From positions 1 to 22,530 of the forward strand of contig JBHLNZ010000050.1 of the NCBI GenBank assembly GCA_048941015.1: 22,530 nt of DNA. Direction: 5' to 3'. The notes beneath the pieces were generated by a model. It saw only the letters and a list, made by a program, of their open reading frames with translations. It had not been told where the DNA came from and did not search any database. This DNA is from Promethearchaeota archaeon. GTDB lineage: Archaea; Asgardarchaeota; Lokiarchaeia; Sigyniarchaeales; SOKP01. The stretch's first letter is position 1. Each line of letters starts with the position of its first letter. Shown here piece by piece: positions 1 to 8,058 of this stretch. The position numbers were made by a program, and so were the translations under genes.

Positions 1-189
1 TTGACCTCCGGGATGTGAATGCCATTTAGTTCTTGCTTTTGGTTCAAAGGTTACATTGTATACTGGACAATTAAAAATTTCCTCTGCCACTAACATTTGA
101 ACCCACACATTCCCAGTAAAATAGTCGCTTGTCGCTTTATCTCCCTTGGGAAATATCACACTATTACTCAAATCATTTAAGGTCTCCAT
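1..189 (-). CDS. Cupin domain protein (5' part; runs off left edge)
   Basis: Not in ORF track. ATG at 189-187 reads METLNDLSNSVIFPKGDKATSDYFTGNVWVQMLVAEEIFNCPVYNVTFEPKARTKWHSHPGGQ. FTGxVW and VTFEPxART.WHxHP.GQ match cupin motif 1. Confidence 0.9.
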   Translation of the reverse strand, partial: METLNDLSNSVIFPKGDKATSDYFTGNVWVQMLVAEEIFNCPVYNVTFEPKARTKWHSHPGGQ

Positions 190-265
190 TTTTTATATTC
201 TACCTTTCTTTCTAATTTTTTTTATTACAATAAATTATTTAGTTATAATTTATTACTTTGTTTTA

Positions 266-302
266 TTATAAAATTTTATAAGGTTTCCTTACTTATAAGT
301 AA
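266..302. promoter_or_regulatory. Divergent promoter: back-to-back TATA-like palindrome plus candidate HxlR operator
   Basis: Perfect palindromes TTATAAAATTTTATAA (266-281, giving TTTTATAA on each strand) and TTACTTATAAGTAA (289-302) between the divergent cupin and HxlR genes. AGGTGA SD-like motif lies just before ATG 333. Confidence 0.5.
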
Positions 303-332
303 ATTGTAAGCTACAAGTTACAAGGTGATTTT

Positions 333-707
333 ATGGTTACTGAACTTAAGATCAAATTTACAATGGATGGATATAATGAATTATCACGAAAATGGGCAAT
401 AAACATATTAAAGTCCATGTTCTTGGGATGTAAAAGATTTAGTGATTTTTTAGAAACACATGAGGGGCTCAGCAACCGAGTATTGTCAGATCAGCTAAAA
501 AGATTAGAGCACCATGGTTTCATTGAAAAAATGATTGTAACTACAACTCCAGTAAAAATTGAATATTGTTTGACAGAAATCGGGCGAGATTTAAATAAAA
601 TGCTTTATGAAAAATGCATGTTTGCCATTAGACAAGGGTTAATTGACAGAAATGACCCATATTTTAGAGGAAAAAACCTTGAAGAAGCTTTTGGAATAAA
701 AAAATAG
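333..707 (+). CDS. HxlR/DUF24-family winged-helix transcriptional regulator
   Basis: KW...IL...F.G.KRFSDF....GLSNRVLSDQLKRLE..GFIEK......P.KIEYCLTE.G is the HxlR signature. Confidence 0.92.
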   Translation: MVTELKIKFTMDGYNELSRKWAINILKSMFLGCKRFSDFLETHEGLSNRVLSDQLKRLEHHGFIEKMIVTTTPVKIEYCLTEIGRDLNKMLYEKCMFAIRQGLIDRNDPYFRGKNLEEAFGIKK

Positions 708-753
708 AAATGAGTATTAAGATAAAAATGCCCTAGAATTAGGGAAAATAAAA

Positions 754-1113
754 ATGCAAATCAGTATTCAAATAAATGGCAATACAACGGTTTTTGAGCT
801 CAATAACAGCCAAGCTGCCAAAGAACTCTATGAACAGTTACCTTTAACGATTACCATTGAAAATTACGGCAACAATGAAAAAATCTTTTATCCACCAAAA
901 AAACTTCATACAACCGGTACACCTTTGGCAAATGCACACTCTGGAACGCTTGCATATTATGCACCATGGGGAGACGTGGTTATGTTTTACGATAGTTTTG
1001 GTTCTGCAAACGGTTTATATGAGTTGGGGAATGTCATATCAGGTGGTGAACATATCAAAGACATGTCAGGCACGATACAGATCGAGAAAATAACAACTAG
1101 GGATAATAAATGA
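754..1113 (+). CDS. Cyclophilin-like fold protein
   Basis: LNNSQAAKELYEQLPL...YGNNEKIFY.P..L...GTLAYYAPWGDVVMFY...GLYELG matches the cyclophilin-like family that often lies near cupin genes. Confidence 0.88.
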   Translation: MQISIQINGNTTVFELNNSQAAKELYEQLPLTITIENYGNNEKIFYPPKKLHTTGTPLANAHSGTLAYYAPWGDVVMFYDSFGSANGLYELGNVISGGEHIKDMSGTIQIEKITTRDNK

Positions 1114-1176
1114 ACATAGTAAAAGGAAATAAACTCAGGTATACAAATTGTATTAAGAATTAAGTCGAATTTTTGT

Positions 1177-1377
1177 CTAAAGAATCATCTCAAATCCATC
1201 TTTTGCAATAAGAGTCTCATTAAATATTTTTCTTGCTTTTTTTCCAGATTTTTCTCTTGATTCGATTGAGGGAAAGATACTTGCATCAAAGTGTGTGAGA
1301 ACTAATGTTTTAACATTTGAATCTAGTGCAATAGATGCTATTTCTTCAGGTTTCAAATGAGGCCATCCCCATTCTAC
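1177..1377 (-). pseudogene. 3' remnant of an RNase Z/ElaC-like metallo-beta-lactamase-fold hydrolase
   Basis: Translates VEWGWPHLKPEEIASIALDSNVKTLVLTHFDASIFPSIESREKSGKKARKIFNETLIAKDGFEMIL*. H..PEE.A..A....VK.LVLTHF and F..T..A.DG match the RNase Z-like C-terminus. An in-frame TAA (1380-1378) lies directly upstream; there is no ATG at the front of the frame and no HxHxDH motif. Confidence 0.8.
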
Positions 1378-1393
1378 TTATCCGTAGATAAAG

Positions 1394-1963
1394 TTAAGTT
1401 TTTCTAAATTCAATCTCAATAGATTTTTCTCCTATAGTGAAGGATTCTTCTATAGTACTATAACTAAAAACTTTCATCACATACTTGAAAAAATATATTA
1501 GATAATGAGAAAAATTTTCATTAATATCGTGTAATCCAATTAGATGAACTTTTTTATTACTATCCATCCGAAAATTTAATTTGGTAAAAAATCCAAGATT
1601 GTTACGGGACAACATCTTTCTTGCATATTTCAAAAAATTTTCTATATTAAACTTTAAACCGGTTTCAAAGCACATAACCCTACCATAATTTACTATCATT
1701 TTTGCATTAATGAAAGCAATCTCCTCCAATTTTTCAATTGACGCCATTTCAAATAATGAATTAAGCAACGTTGCGGGTATAATTACCCTGTTATAATCTT
1801 TCACCAATTCCGTGTTGGATCTGAAGAATTCAAATGAAAGTCTTAATACTTCGCTTTTTGACATTTCAAATTCCTCAGATTTTTGTACTAGTAGTTCATA
1901 AAGCTTTTCACTTAATCGTAATCCCATAACACGTTTTTTCTTCAATTCTTCTTTTTGATTCAT
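1394..1963 (-). CDS. Ribbon-helix-helix (CopG-like) regulator with C-terminal putative ligand-binding (V4R-like) domain
   Basis: N-terminal RVMGLRLSEKLYELL...SEEFEMSKSEVLRLSFEFF has the RHH strand-helix-helix pattern. The gene is divergent from the corrinoid gene. The C-terminal fold is inferred from the secondary-structure pattern only. Confidence 0.7.
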   Translation of the reverse strand: MNQKEELKKKRVMGLRLSEKLYELLVQKSEEFEMSKSEVLRLSFEFFRSNTELVKDYNRVIIPATLLNSLFEMASIEKLEEIAFINAKMIVNYGRVMCFETGLKFNIENFLKYARKMLSRNNLGFFTKLNFRMDSNKKVHLIGLHDINENFSHYLIYFFKYVMKVFSYSTIEESFTIGEKSIEIEFRKT

Positions 1964-1985
1964 CTTTCATTATAGGTAAATTTTG

Positions 1986-2066
1986 TGTTACATAGTATGA
2001 CAAGTTTTAAATACTTACTTAACTACTCTTCTAATACATAGTTTGACAAGAATTTTTCTTGCCAAA
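1986..2066. promoter_or_regulatory. Candidate operator repeats flanking a TATA-like box
   Basis: TACATAGTATGACAAG (1989-2004) and TACATAGTTTGACAAG (2035-2050) are 15/16 identical. TTTTAAATA (2005-2013) follows the first copy. Inverted repeat TTTGACAAGAA-ttt-TTCTTGCCAAA (2042-2066). Confidence 0.65.
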
Positions 2067-2092
2067 GTCAACTATAATTATTAAGTGATATT

Positions 2093-2722
2093 ATGTCAAA
2101 TTTTATTGATGAAATTGTTGAGCTTAATGAAAATAGCGTTATAGAATTATTAAAAGGAAGACTTCAAAATAATGATGATCCACTAGAAATAATGGATGAT
2201 ATCAAGAAAGCCATGAAAGTCATCGGAGATAGATTCAGTAAAAAAGAATATTTTATTCCCGATCTTATCATGTCCGGCGAAATCCTACGCCAAGTTTTTG
2301 AGGAATTAGGGCCAAAATTAAAAGAAACCCAAAGCTCCCCAAAAAAAAAAGGAAAAGTGTTAATAGGCACTGTCGCTGGTGATATCCACGATATTGGAAA
2401 GGATGTCGTGAAATTCATGTTGGATGCCAATGGTTTTGATGTATTAGATTTAGGCATAGATGTCCCAGCTAATAAATTCATTAGCAGCTTGAAGGAATTT
2501 AAACCAAAAGTATTGGCTTTAAGTGGGTTTTTAACTCTTGCATATGATTCGATGAAAGAAATCATTGATAGGCTAAAAGCTGCAGGATTAAGAGATAGTG
2601 TTAAAATAATGATAGGAGGGGGTACTGTAGATGAAAGAATTGTCGAATATGTCGGAGCTGATGCTTATGGACAAAGTGCTGTTGATGCGGTGAATTTAGC
2701 AACTAAATGGATGGAGGTTTAA
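2093..2722 (+). CDS. Corrinoid (cobalamin-binding) protein, MtbC/MttC/OdmA-like
   Basis: B12 cap domain (FIPDLIMSGEI), DxHxxG motif GDIHDIGK, DLGIDVP, LALSGFLT, IMIGGG, VGADAY. Confidence 0.95.
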   Translation: MSNFIDEIVELNENSVIELLKGRLQNNDDPLEIMDDIKKAMKVIGDRFSKKEYFIPDLIMSGEILRQVFEELGPKLKETQSSPKKKGKVLIGTVAGDIHDIGKDVVKFMLDANGFDVLDLGIDVPANKFISSLKEFKPKVLALSGFLTLAYDSMKEIIDRLKAAGLRDSVKIMIGGGTVDERIVEYVGADAYGQSAVDAVNLATKWMEV

Positions 2723-2728
2723 ATAAAA

Positions 2729-4036
2729 ATGAAAACAGAAGAAAAGTATGAAGAGAGGATCCAAAGGGTTAAGGACGCTATAGCATTAAAAGAACCAGAC
2801 CGTGTTCCAATAACTCCTTTCGCAGATGTATTTTTCGCAGCACTCCAAGTGGGAATGACACATAAAGACGTTATGTATAAGGGTAGAAAGGTAGGTAAGG
2901 CATCTCTAAAAGTTTTTAGCCGCTATGATTGGGATCTTTACCCTTATATCCCATCTGCTGGTATGGGAGGAATTTTTGATCTTGTTGGAAATAGAACTAT
3001 GAAATGGGCTGGAGCTGCTGATCCAGAATTTCGCTTAGGAGATCATCAACCATTTCAGATCATAGAAAAAACATGGATGGCTGCTGAAGAATATGAAGAT
3101 TTAATAGGAGATTTAACTGGTTATTTAATTCGCAAGATCGTACCGCGCCACAATGCAACCCTAGGAGCTTTTCAATCATTTCCCCCTGCCACTTTACTCG
3201 CTACTAATTATTCAGGACTGGGGGCTATTATGTTTTTTATGAATAAAGACGTAAAAAAAATGATTAAAACTTTGAAAAAGTCGCTACTAAAAATGATAGG
3301 AACATTTCTTGGCACGAGAAAATATAATAAAGGGATGAAAAAAAAGGGGAATCCCATTGCTGGAAGTGGTATTACCACAGTAGCACCGTTTGATTTGGCT
3401 TCAGCTTATTTAAGAGGCATGCGTGGAATTATGTTGGATATGTATAGAAATCCCGAGGAATTAAAAAAAGTATGTGATCTGCTAGCGAAAGCCGAATTGG
3501 ATTCTCTAGATGCGTTAAGTGCGTTAACTAGTATGCCTGGAGCATCAGATGATAATACGATTTCACTATCTTTTGTGCCCTTAAATCGAGGTGCTGACGG
3601 ATTTATGAATAACGATCAATTTGCGGAGTTTTATTGGCCTGGACTTACCAAAACCTTGGAGGGTATGATCGCCAAAGGAATAACTCCAATGCCATTTTTC
3701 GAAGGAAGATATAACGATCGTTTGGAATTTTTAGCGGAATTCGCGAAAAAACACAAAGGAAAACTCGTATACTGGTTTCATGATACGGACATTATCAAAG
3801 TTAAGGAGATGATGGGAGACTATGTATGCATAAGAGGTAATGTTCCCGCTTCTCTATTGATAGGAGGTCCCCCCAAAGCTGTTGATGAATATGTAAAGAA
3901 ATGTATAGAAGGATGCATGGAAGGGGGAGGTTATCTCGTTGATGGTGGTGTTTCTGGGATCCCAAATGAAGCTAGGCACGAAAATGTGCAAGCTATGACT
4001 GACGCTGTTCATAAGTATGGAGTCTATCGAAAATAA
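2729..4036 (+). CDS. Uroporphyrinogen decarboxylase-fold corrinoid methyltransferase (MtaA/CmuA/OdmB-like)
   Basis: EPDRVP, APFD....LRG...IMLDMYRNPE, FMNNDQFAEFYWP, IRGNVP..LL..G, GGGYLV, ENVQAM..AV..YG. Starts 6 nt after the corrinoid gene, with GGAGGT upstream. Confidence 0.9.
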   Translation: MKTEEKYEERIQRVKDAIALKEPDRVPITPFADVFFAALQVGMTHKDVMYKGRKVGKASLKVFSRYDWDLYPYIPSAGMGGIFDLVGNRTMKWAGAADPEFRLGDHQPFQIIEKTWMAAEEYEDLIGDLTGYLIRKIVPRHNATLGAFQSFPPATLLATNYSGLGAIMFFMNKDVKKMIKTLKKSLLKMIGTFLGTRKYNKGMKKKGNPIAGSGITTVAPFDLASAYLRGMRGIMLDMYRNPEELKKVCDLLAKAELDSLDALSALTSMPGASDDNTISLSFVPLNRGADGFMNNDQFAEFYWPGLTKTLEGMIAKGITPMPFFEGRYNDRLEFLAEFAKKHKGKLVYWFHDTDIIKVKEMMGDYVCIRGNVPASLLIGGPPKAVDEYVKKCIEGCMEGGGYLVDGGVSGIPNEARHENVQAMTDAVHKYGVYRK

Positions 4037-4046
4037 AACTAAAAAC

Positions 4047-4061
4047 TTTTCTTTCTTTTTT
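4047..4061 (+). terminator. Oligo-T terminator candidate
   Basis: TTTTCTTTCTTTTTT about 10 nt after the stop at 4036. Confidence 0.5.
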
Positions 4062-4100
4062 ATATATTGAAATTACAACGTCATCATTTATCAAATAAGT

Positions 4101-4283
4101 ATGTTTTTTAATAATGATAGTCACATAATCATTGATTTTGAACCTATCTCAAGAAGAGTAGCAATGGAGGATTTAGGTAAGAATTTATATCAAATCCTTG
4201 TATATCTCAAATATCAACTCCAATCTTTTTTTTCTAAAGGAGATATAACTCAAGGAGAATTCGATAAAATAAAAAATTTATAG
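4101..4283 (+). pseudogene. Chimeric remnant: N-terminus resembling the 2Fe-2S domain of an ASKHA corrinoid activator (RACo), ending in a SHOCT-like tail
   Basis: IIIDFEPISRRV....GKNLYQILV.L...LQS resembles the V.F.P.G..V....G.tll start of 2Fe-2S domains but stops before the expected CGG.G.CGKC. The tail FSKGDITQGEFDKIKNL resembles SHOCT (G.I...EF...K..L). Confidence 0.55.
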
Positions 4284-4398
4284 AAAGGATTTAAATGAAA
4301 ATAAATTTATTTGAACTCGATTTGTTTTTATCCATAAAAATATTTATTTGAGAGCAATAAGATTATATAAATATAGATTACCGTATTTTATCAATAAC

Positions 4399-5442
4399 AT
4401 GTTACGGAAAGGGTCTGAATTTCTCTTAGGATTATTTTTTTCTGATGAACAAACTTTAGTGTACGATCACATCAAATTATCTTATGATTTACCAGAAGAA
4501 AAAGTTCAAGGATTAAAGTCAATGTCACTTAAATTCCTTGGTCCTTTATTTATGACCAGGAATTTATTTAAACAAGATCAGTGGAAAATTGAGTATATTG
4601 AAACCTCATTAACACCACAATCGAGAACAAAGGTTGATGAAACACTTATGCAATCGTTTACTTGTCTTAACTCGTCAAGAAAAACAGCTGAATATATAAC
4701 GAGTCTCTTTACATTCATAGGATCCCCATATACAGAAGATATGAAAATAATATATGAAAAATTGGATAAATATGTTCATCCAAGTATTATTCAAGGAAAA
4801 TTAATTGCTCAGACCAATTATGATGCTAATTTCGACTTAAATTTGTTCGTAGAAAACGAGTTAAAAAGAGGGGCTGACTTGATTGAACATACTTTAGGCT
4901 CTCCAAGAAAAATCTATTGGGAAGAGAAAATGGCTTATTCAACCGTAGGTATAATTAAAAGAACTATAAAAGACGGGTTATTAGAATCTGATCTCTATAC
5001 ATTTGATTTAGATGATCCCTTGAGAAAAGAAGCCCTAGCTCATATCCCCTCCTTTTATTTTATGAGCATTTTACCTGATTATTATGAAAAAAGGATGAAT
5101 GAGACTTTGAGCTTATTTGGAAAAGATGGATTATATTCCAATATTATTAAAATAAAAGTTAGTAGCCCAAATAGTGTAGTGATATATATGGAAGAACTGA
5201 AAACTTATGAAGATGGAAAGACAAGTTTGGGTTTGATTTTAATACCTAGTAATGAAAAACTTAAGGAATCACGTGATTTATTTTTCTATAAAAAAAAATT
5301 ACTCTCAATGTTAAATAAAAATAGTGATTTTGAAAGATCTGTTATTGAGTTACATTCTAGGATAAATCCGTTTGAGAATTGGAATTTAAATTCGGATGAT
5401 TCTTTTCAAAATATTGAAAGATCGCTTGATAATAAATTATAA
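4399..5442 (+). CDS. Hypothetical protein, possible longin/uDENN-like C-terminal domain
   Basis: Long ORF. ATG 4399 is preferred over TTG 4348 because TTATATAAA (~4363-4371) lies at promoter distance upstream. No family recognised with certainty. Confidence 0.75.
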   Translation: MLRKGSEFLLGLFFSDEQTLVYDHIKLSYDLPEEKVQGLKSMSLKFLGPLFMTRNLFKQDQWKIEYIETSLTPQSRTKVDETLMQSFTCLNSSRKTAEYITSLFTFIGSPYTEDMKIIYEKLDKYVHPSIIQGKLIAQTNYDANFDLNLFVENELKRGADLIEHTLGSPRKIYWEEKMAYSTVGIIKRTIKDGLLESDLYTFDLDDPLRKEALAHIPSFYFMSILPDYYEKRMNETLSLFGKDGLYSNIIKIKVSSPNSVVIYMEELKTYEDGKTSLGLILIPSNEKLKESRDLFFYKKKLLSMLNKNSDFERSVIELHSRINPFENWNLNSDDSFQNIERSLDNKL

Positions 5443-5473
5443 TGATAATTTTTAGAAGGGTAAAAAAAAAATA

Positions 5474-6481
5474 ATGGAAGAAATACAATTCAATAAACTT
5501 TTTAACATTGATAAAGAACGATTACATTCCAATTTTCAACGGATTCAGAATTTAAATAAGGATTTGAATTCAAAGGAAATTATAGCAAAATTTCTATATA
5601 CTCAATCAATTGGAACTTCAACAGATCAAATTTCAGAAATATTAACCTACTTTCGGAATAAACTAACTAAAGATAATGAATTATTAGATTTTGCATTTGA
5701 ATGGATAAGAGCCAATAAAATTCGATTGGAATACAAGAAATATATAACTTTAAATGATTATCAAGCATACACTACTGCATTAGATGATGCTATTTTCCTC
5801 TTCTTCCTGAAATATGATGAATATTTAAGGCCTTTGTTTTTATCAACTTTAGAGGAATATGAATTTAGTACATTGTATCAAATCATTTTCAATCCTAAAC
5901 AATCAGAATCCATTAATTTAACTGAACTATTAGAAAAAAATAAAGCTAAAATTCACAATATTATTATTGATGGAGAGAAAATTGATACTAAGATTTATAC
6001 TCTTCGAGAAGGATTATCAGATATGATAAGAAATGATTATAATGAAGGAATACCCTCAGATATAAAAATACTTGATTCCGAGAAGCAATTGGTAATTAAT
6101 GATGCTATTGAAAAAGATTTTGATGGTACAATGGTTGAGAGATTAATAAAGTTTTACTGCTTTCAAAAACGAAAGATTGATAAGAAAGAATTTACCATGG
6201 CAATTAATCAATTTTTATCATCTTATTTTGAATTTGGCATATTTTATGATTTTAACAAATTCAAAGAAAAATTAGTTTCTAGCTTTGCAGATTACATTTA
6301 TTCAGGTTTAACAAAAAATTATAAGGTTCAATCAATTGAAAGCTTACAAAATGAGCTAAATTTAGTAATAGAAGAATTTGAAAAAAATCTCAAACAAATG
6401 AGATTAAAAGGTAAAGCTTGGATTGAAGATATAAAACCAATCTTACAAAATTTTATTGAAAAATTTATAGAACATTTATAA
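5474..6481 (+). CDS. Hypothetical, probably mostly alpha-helical protein
   Basis: 335 aa ORF in very AT-rich DNA, 31 nt after the previous gene. No motif recognised. Confidence 0.8.
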   Translation: MEEIQFNKLFNIDKERLHSNFQRIQNLNKDLNSKEIIAKFLYTQSIGTSTDQISEILTYFRNKLTKDNELLDFAFEWIRANKIRLEYKKYITLNDYQAYTTALDDAIFLFFLKYDEYLRPLFLSTLEEYEFSTLYQIIFNPKQSESINLTELLEKNKAKIHNIIIDGEKIDTKIYTLREGLSDMIRNDYNEGIPSDIKILDSEKQLVINDAIEKDFDGTMVERLIKFYCFQKRKIDKKEFTMAINQFLSSYFEFGIFYDFNKFKEKLVSSFADYIYSGLTKNYKVQSIESLQNELNLVIEEFEKNLKQMRLKGKAWIEDIKPILQNFIEKFIEHL

Positions 6482-6541
6482 GACTAAATATTTTGGAGTA
6501 TTTTGAAACTAAATATAATTAAATTGAGCGTTTTGTATCTA

Positions 6542-7984
6542 TTAAACATAACGCGCTCTTCTCCAATGAGGACTGTCACTAGTACGCAAATACCATCTAA
6601 GTATTAGTTCCTTTAATTCAGTTTTAATTTCTTTATATGATTTATCATCAATTAAATTCTCAACCTCATTTGCATCCTGGATTAAATCATACAATTCCTC
6701 TTTTTCGGCATCACGTATTATTAATTTCCATGATTGTGTTCTAACCATTGCTGAGCGAACAACAGATTGGGGTTTTTGAAGTGGTATATTGGTTTTATCA
6801 TAATAAATACCTACATGAGGAATATCCGGGCTTTTAATAACGTTTTCAAAACATTGTGGTTCATTTATATTATAACCTCCTTCAGCAAATACAGCCGTTC
6901 TGATTTTATCAATCTCTCCTTTAATAAGAGGAATAAGATTTTTTCCAAAATGAGTGTATGGAGTTTGAATTCGAGCAATGTCAAGAATAGTTGGGAAGAT
7001 ATCTATTGTTTGGATCAACTGGTTGCAGATTTTCTTTTTTGGAAAGACTCCTGGTATTTTTGCTACTAATGGTACTTTAATAAGACAATCTTGGAATGCA
7101 TTTGGCCATTTTTCAGTTAATCCATAATCTCCTGTGAAATCTCCGTGATCTGAAATAAAGAAAATAGCACTGTTTTCATATTCTCCTACTTCCTTGAGTT
7201 TATTTATTACCTCTCCTAATTGATAATCTACTCTAGTGATCATCCCATAATAAGTTGCAATAATTTCCTTGAAATCTTTTTCTTCAAGGTTCATTAATCC
7301 ATATCTTTCATACATTAATTTCATATATTCAGGTTTATCATCAAACTTAGATTGTATAGGTGCAGGGATGTTATTGCGATCATACATTGAAAAATATGGT
7401 TCTGCTACAGTATAAGGAGGATGTGGAAAATTTAAAGCAATGAATAGGCAATAAGGAGTATTTATATTTGAGTCTAAATATTTCAATACATCCCTAATGA
7501 TAAAAAAATCAATATCCTCTGATTCTTCTTTAGTTGTTTCACCATAATAAAATGATTTTCTTAAGTAATGGTCTCTGGGAAATGGATTTAACTTATAGAA
7601 CCGTGGTTTAATACGTATCTGTTTACCAATACTCAATTTTATCGAATCTTTATCAAATAAATCGTTTCTACCGGCCCAAATAACTTGATAACCCTTTTCT
7701 TTTAGAATCTTAAATAAATTTTCCTCATATGGTTGTAATAACTGATACAAACTCCTATGTCCATTAGAATGTACATATTGTCCAGTAAACATGCAACACC
7801 TTGAAGGTACACATACTGGATTAACACTAAAACAATTTGTAAATGCTAAACCCTCTTCAGCTAATCTGTCTATATTAGGTGTTTTGATATAAGGGTTTAT
7901 AGTACCTCCTAACGAAATAGTATCCCCTCTCATTGAATCTGGCATAAAAATTATAATATTGGGGGGAGTGTCTTTTTCAATCAT
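6542..7984 (-). CDS. Sulfatase-family hydrolase (S1, Cys-type)
   Basis: PNIIIFMPDSMR, TPNIDRLAEEG..F, formylglycine motif CVPSR..MFTG, FPHPPY, SDHGDF, ELYDL..D..E..NL. Confidence 0.93.
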   Translation of the reverse strand: MIEKDTPPNIIIFMPDSMRGDTISLGGTINPYIKTPNIDRLAEEGLAFTNCFSVNPVCVPSRCCMFTGQYVHSNGHRSLYQLLQPYEENLFKILKEKGYQVIWAGRNDLFDKDSIKLSIGKQIRIKPRFYKLNPFPRDHYLRKSFYYGETTKEESEDIDFFIIRDVLKYLDSNINTPYCLFIALNFPHPPYTVAEPYFSMYDRNNIPAPIQSKFDDKPEYMKLMYERYGLMNLEEKDFKEIIATYYGMITRVDYQLGEVINKLKEVGEYENSAIFFISDHGDFTGDYGLTEKWPNAFQDCLIKVPLVAKIPGVFPKKKICNQLIQTIDIFPTILDIARIQTPYTHFGKNLIPLIKGEIDKIRTAVFAEGGYNINEPQCFENVIKSPDIPHVGIYYDKTNIPLQKPQSVVRSAMVRTQSWKLIIRDAEKEELYDLIQDANEVENLIDDKSYKEIKTELKELILRWYLRTSDSPHWRRARYV

Positions 7985-8058
7985 ATTTCATCCACATTGT
8001 TATTACTTTGTTTTTCTCCAATGTTTTTTACAATATTATCATAATTAATTAGGGATTT

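Noticed and set aside
251-264. 14-nt match TATTACTTTGTTTT, also at 8001-8014
   Set aside because: Low-complexity AT-rich sequence; plausibly chance.
857-1093. 78 aa alternative-frame ORF
   Set aside because: Lies within the well-supported cyclophilin-like gene; no motif.
2336-2350. C5 plus A10 homopolymer as a frameshift or phase-variation site
   Set aside because: The frame is intact and encodes the Lys-rich linker (PKKKGKV) usual at this position; A-runs are common in this DNA.
2164-2565. 133 aa antisense ORF
   Set aside because: Antisense shadow of the corrinoid protein gene.
4281-4300. Pyrrolysine or selenocysteine read-through near the methyltransferase genes
   Set aside because: Reading through TAG 4283 reaches TGA after four codons and yields no Cys motif. 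The corrinoid and URO-D genes end in TAA.
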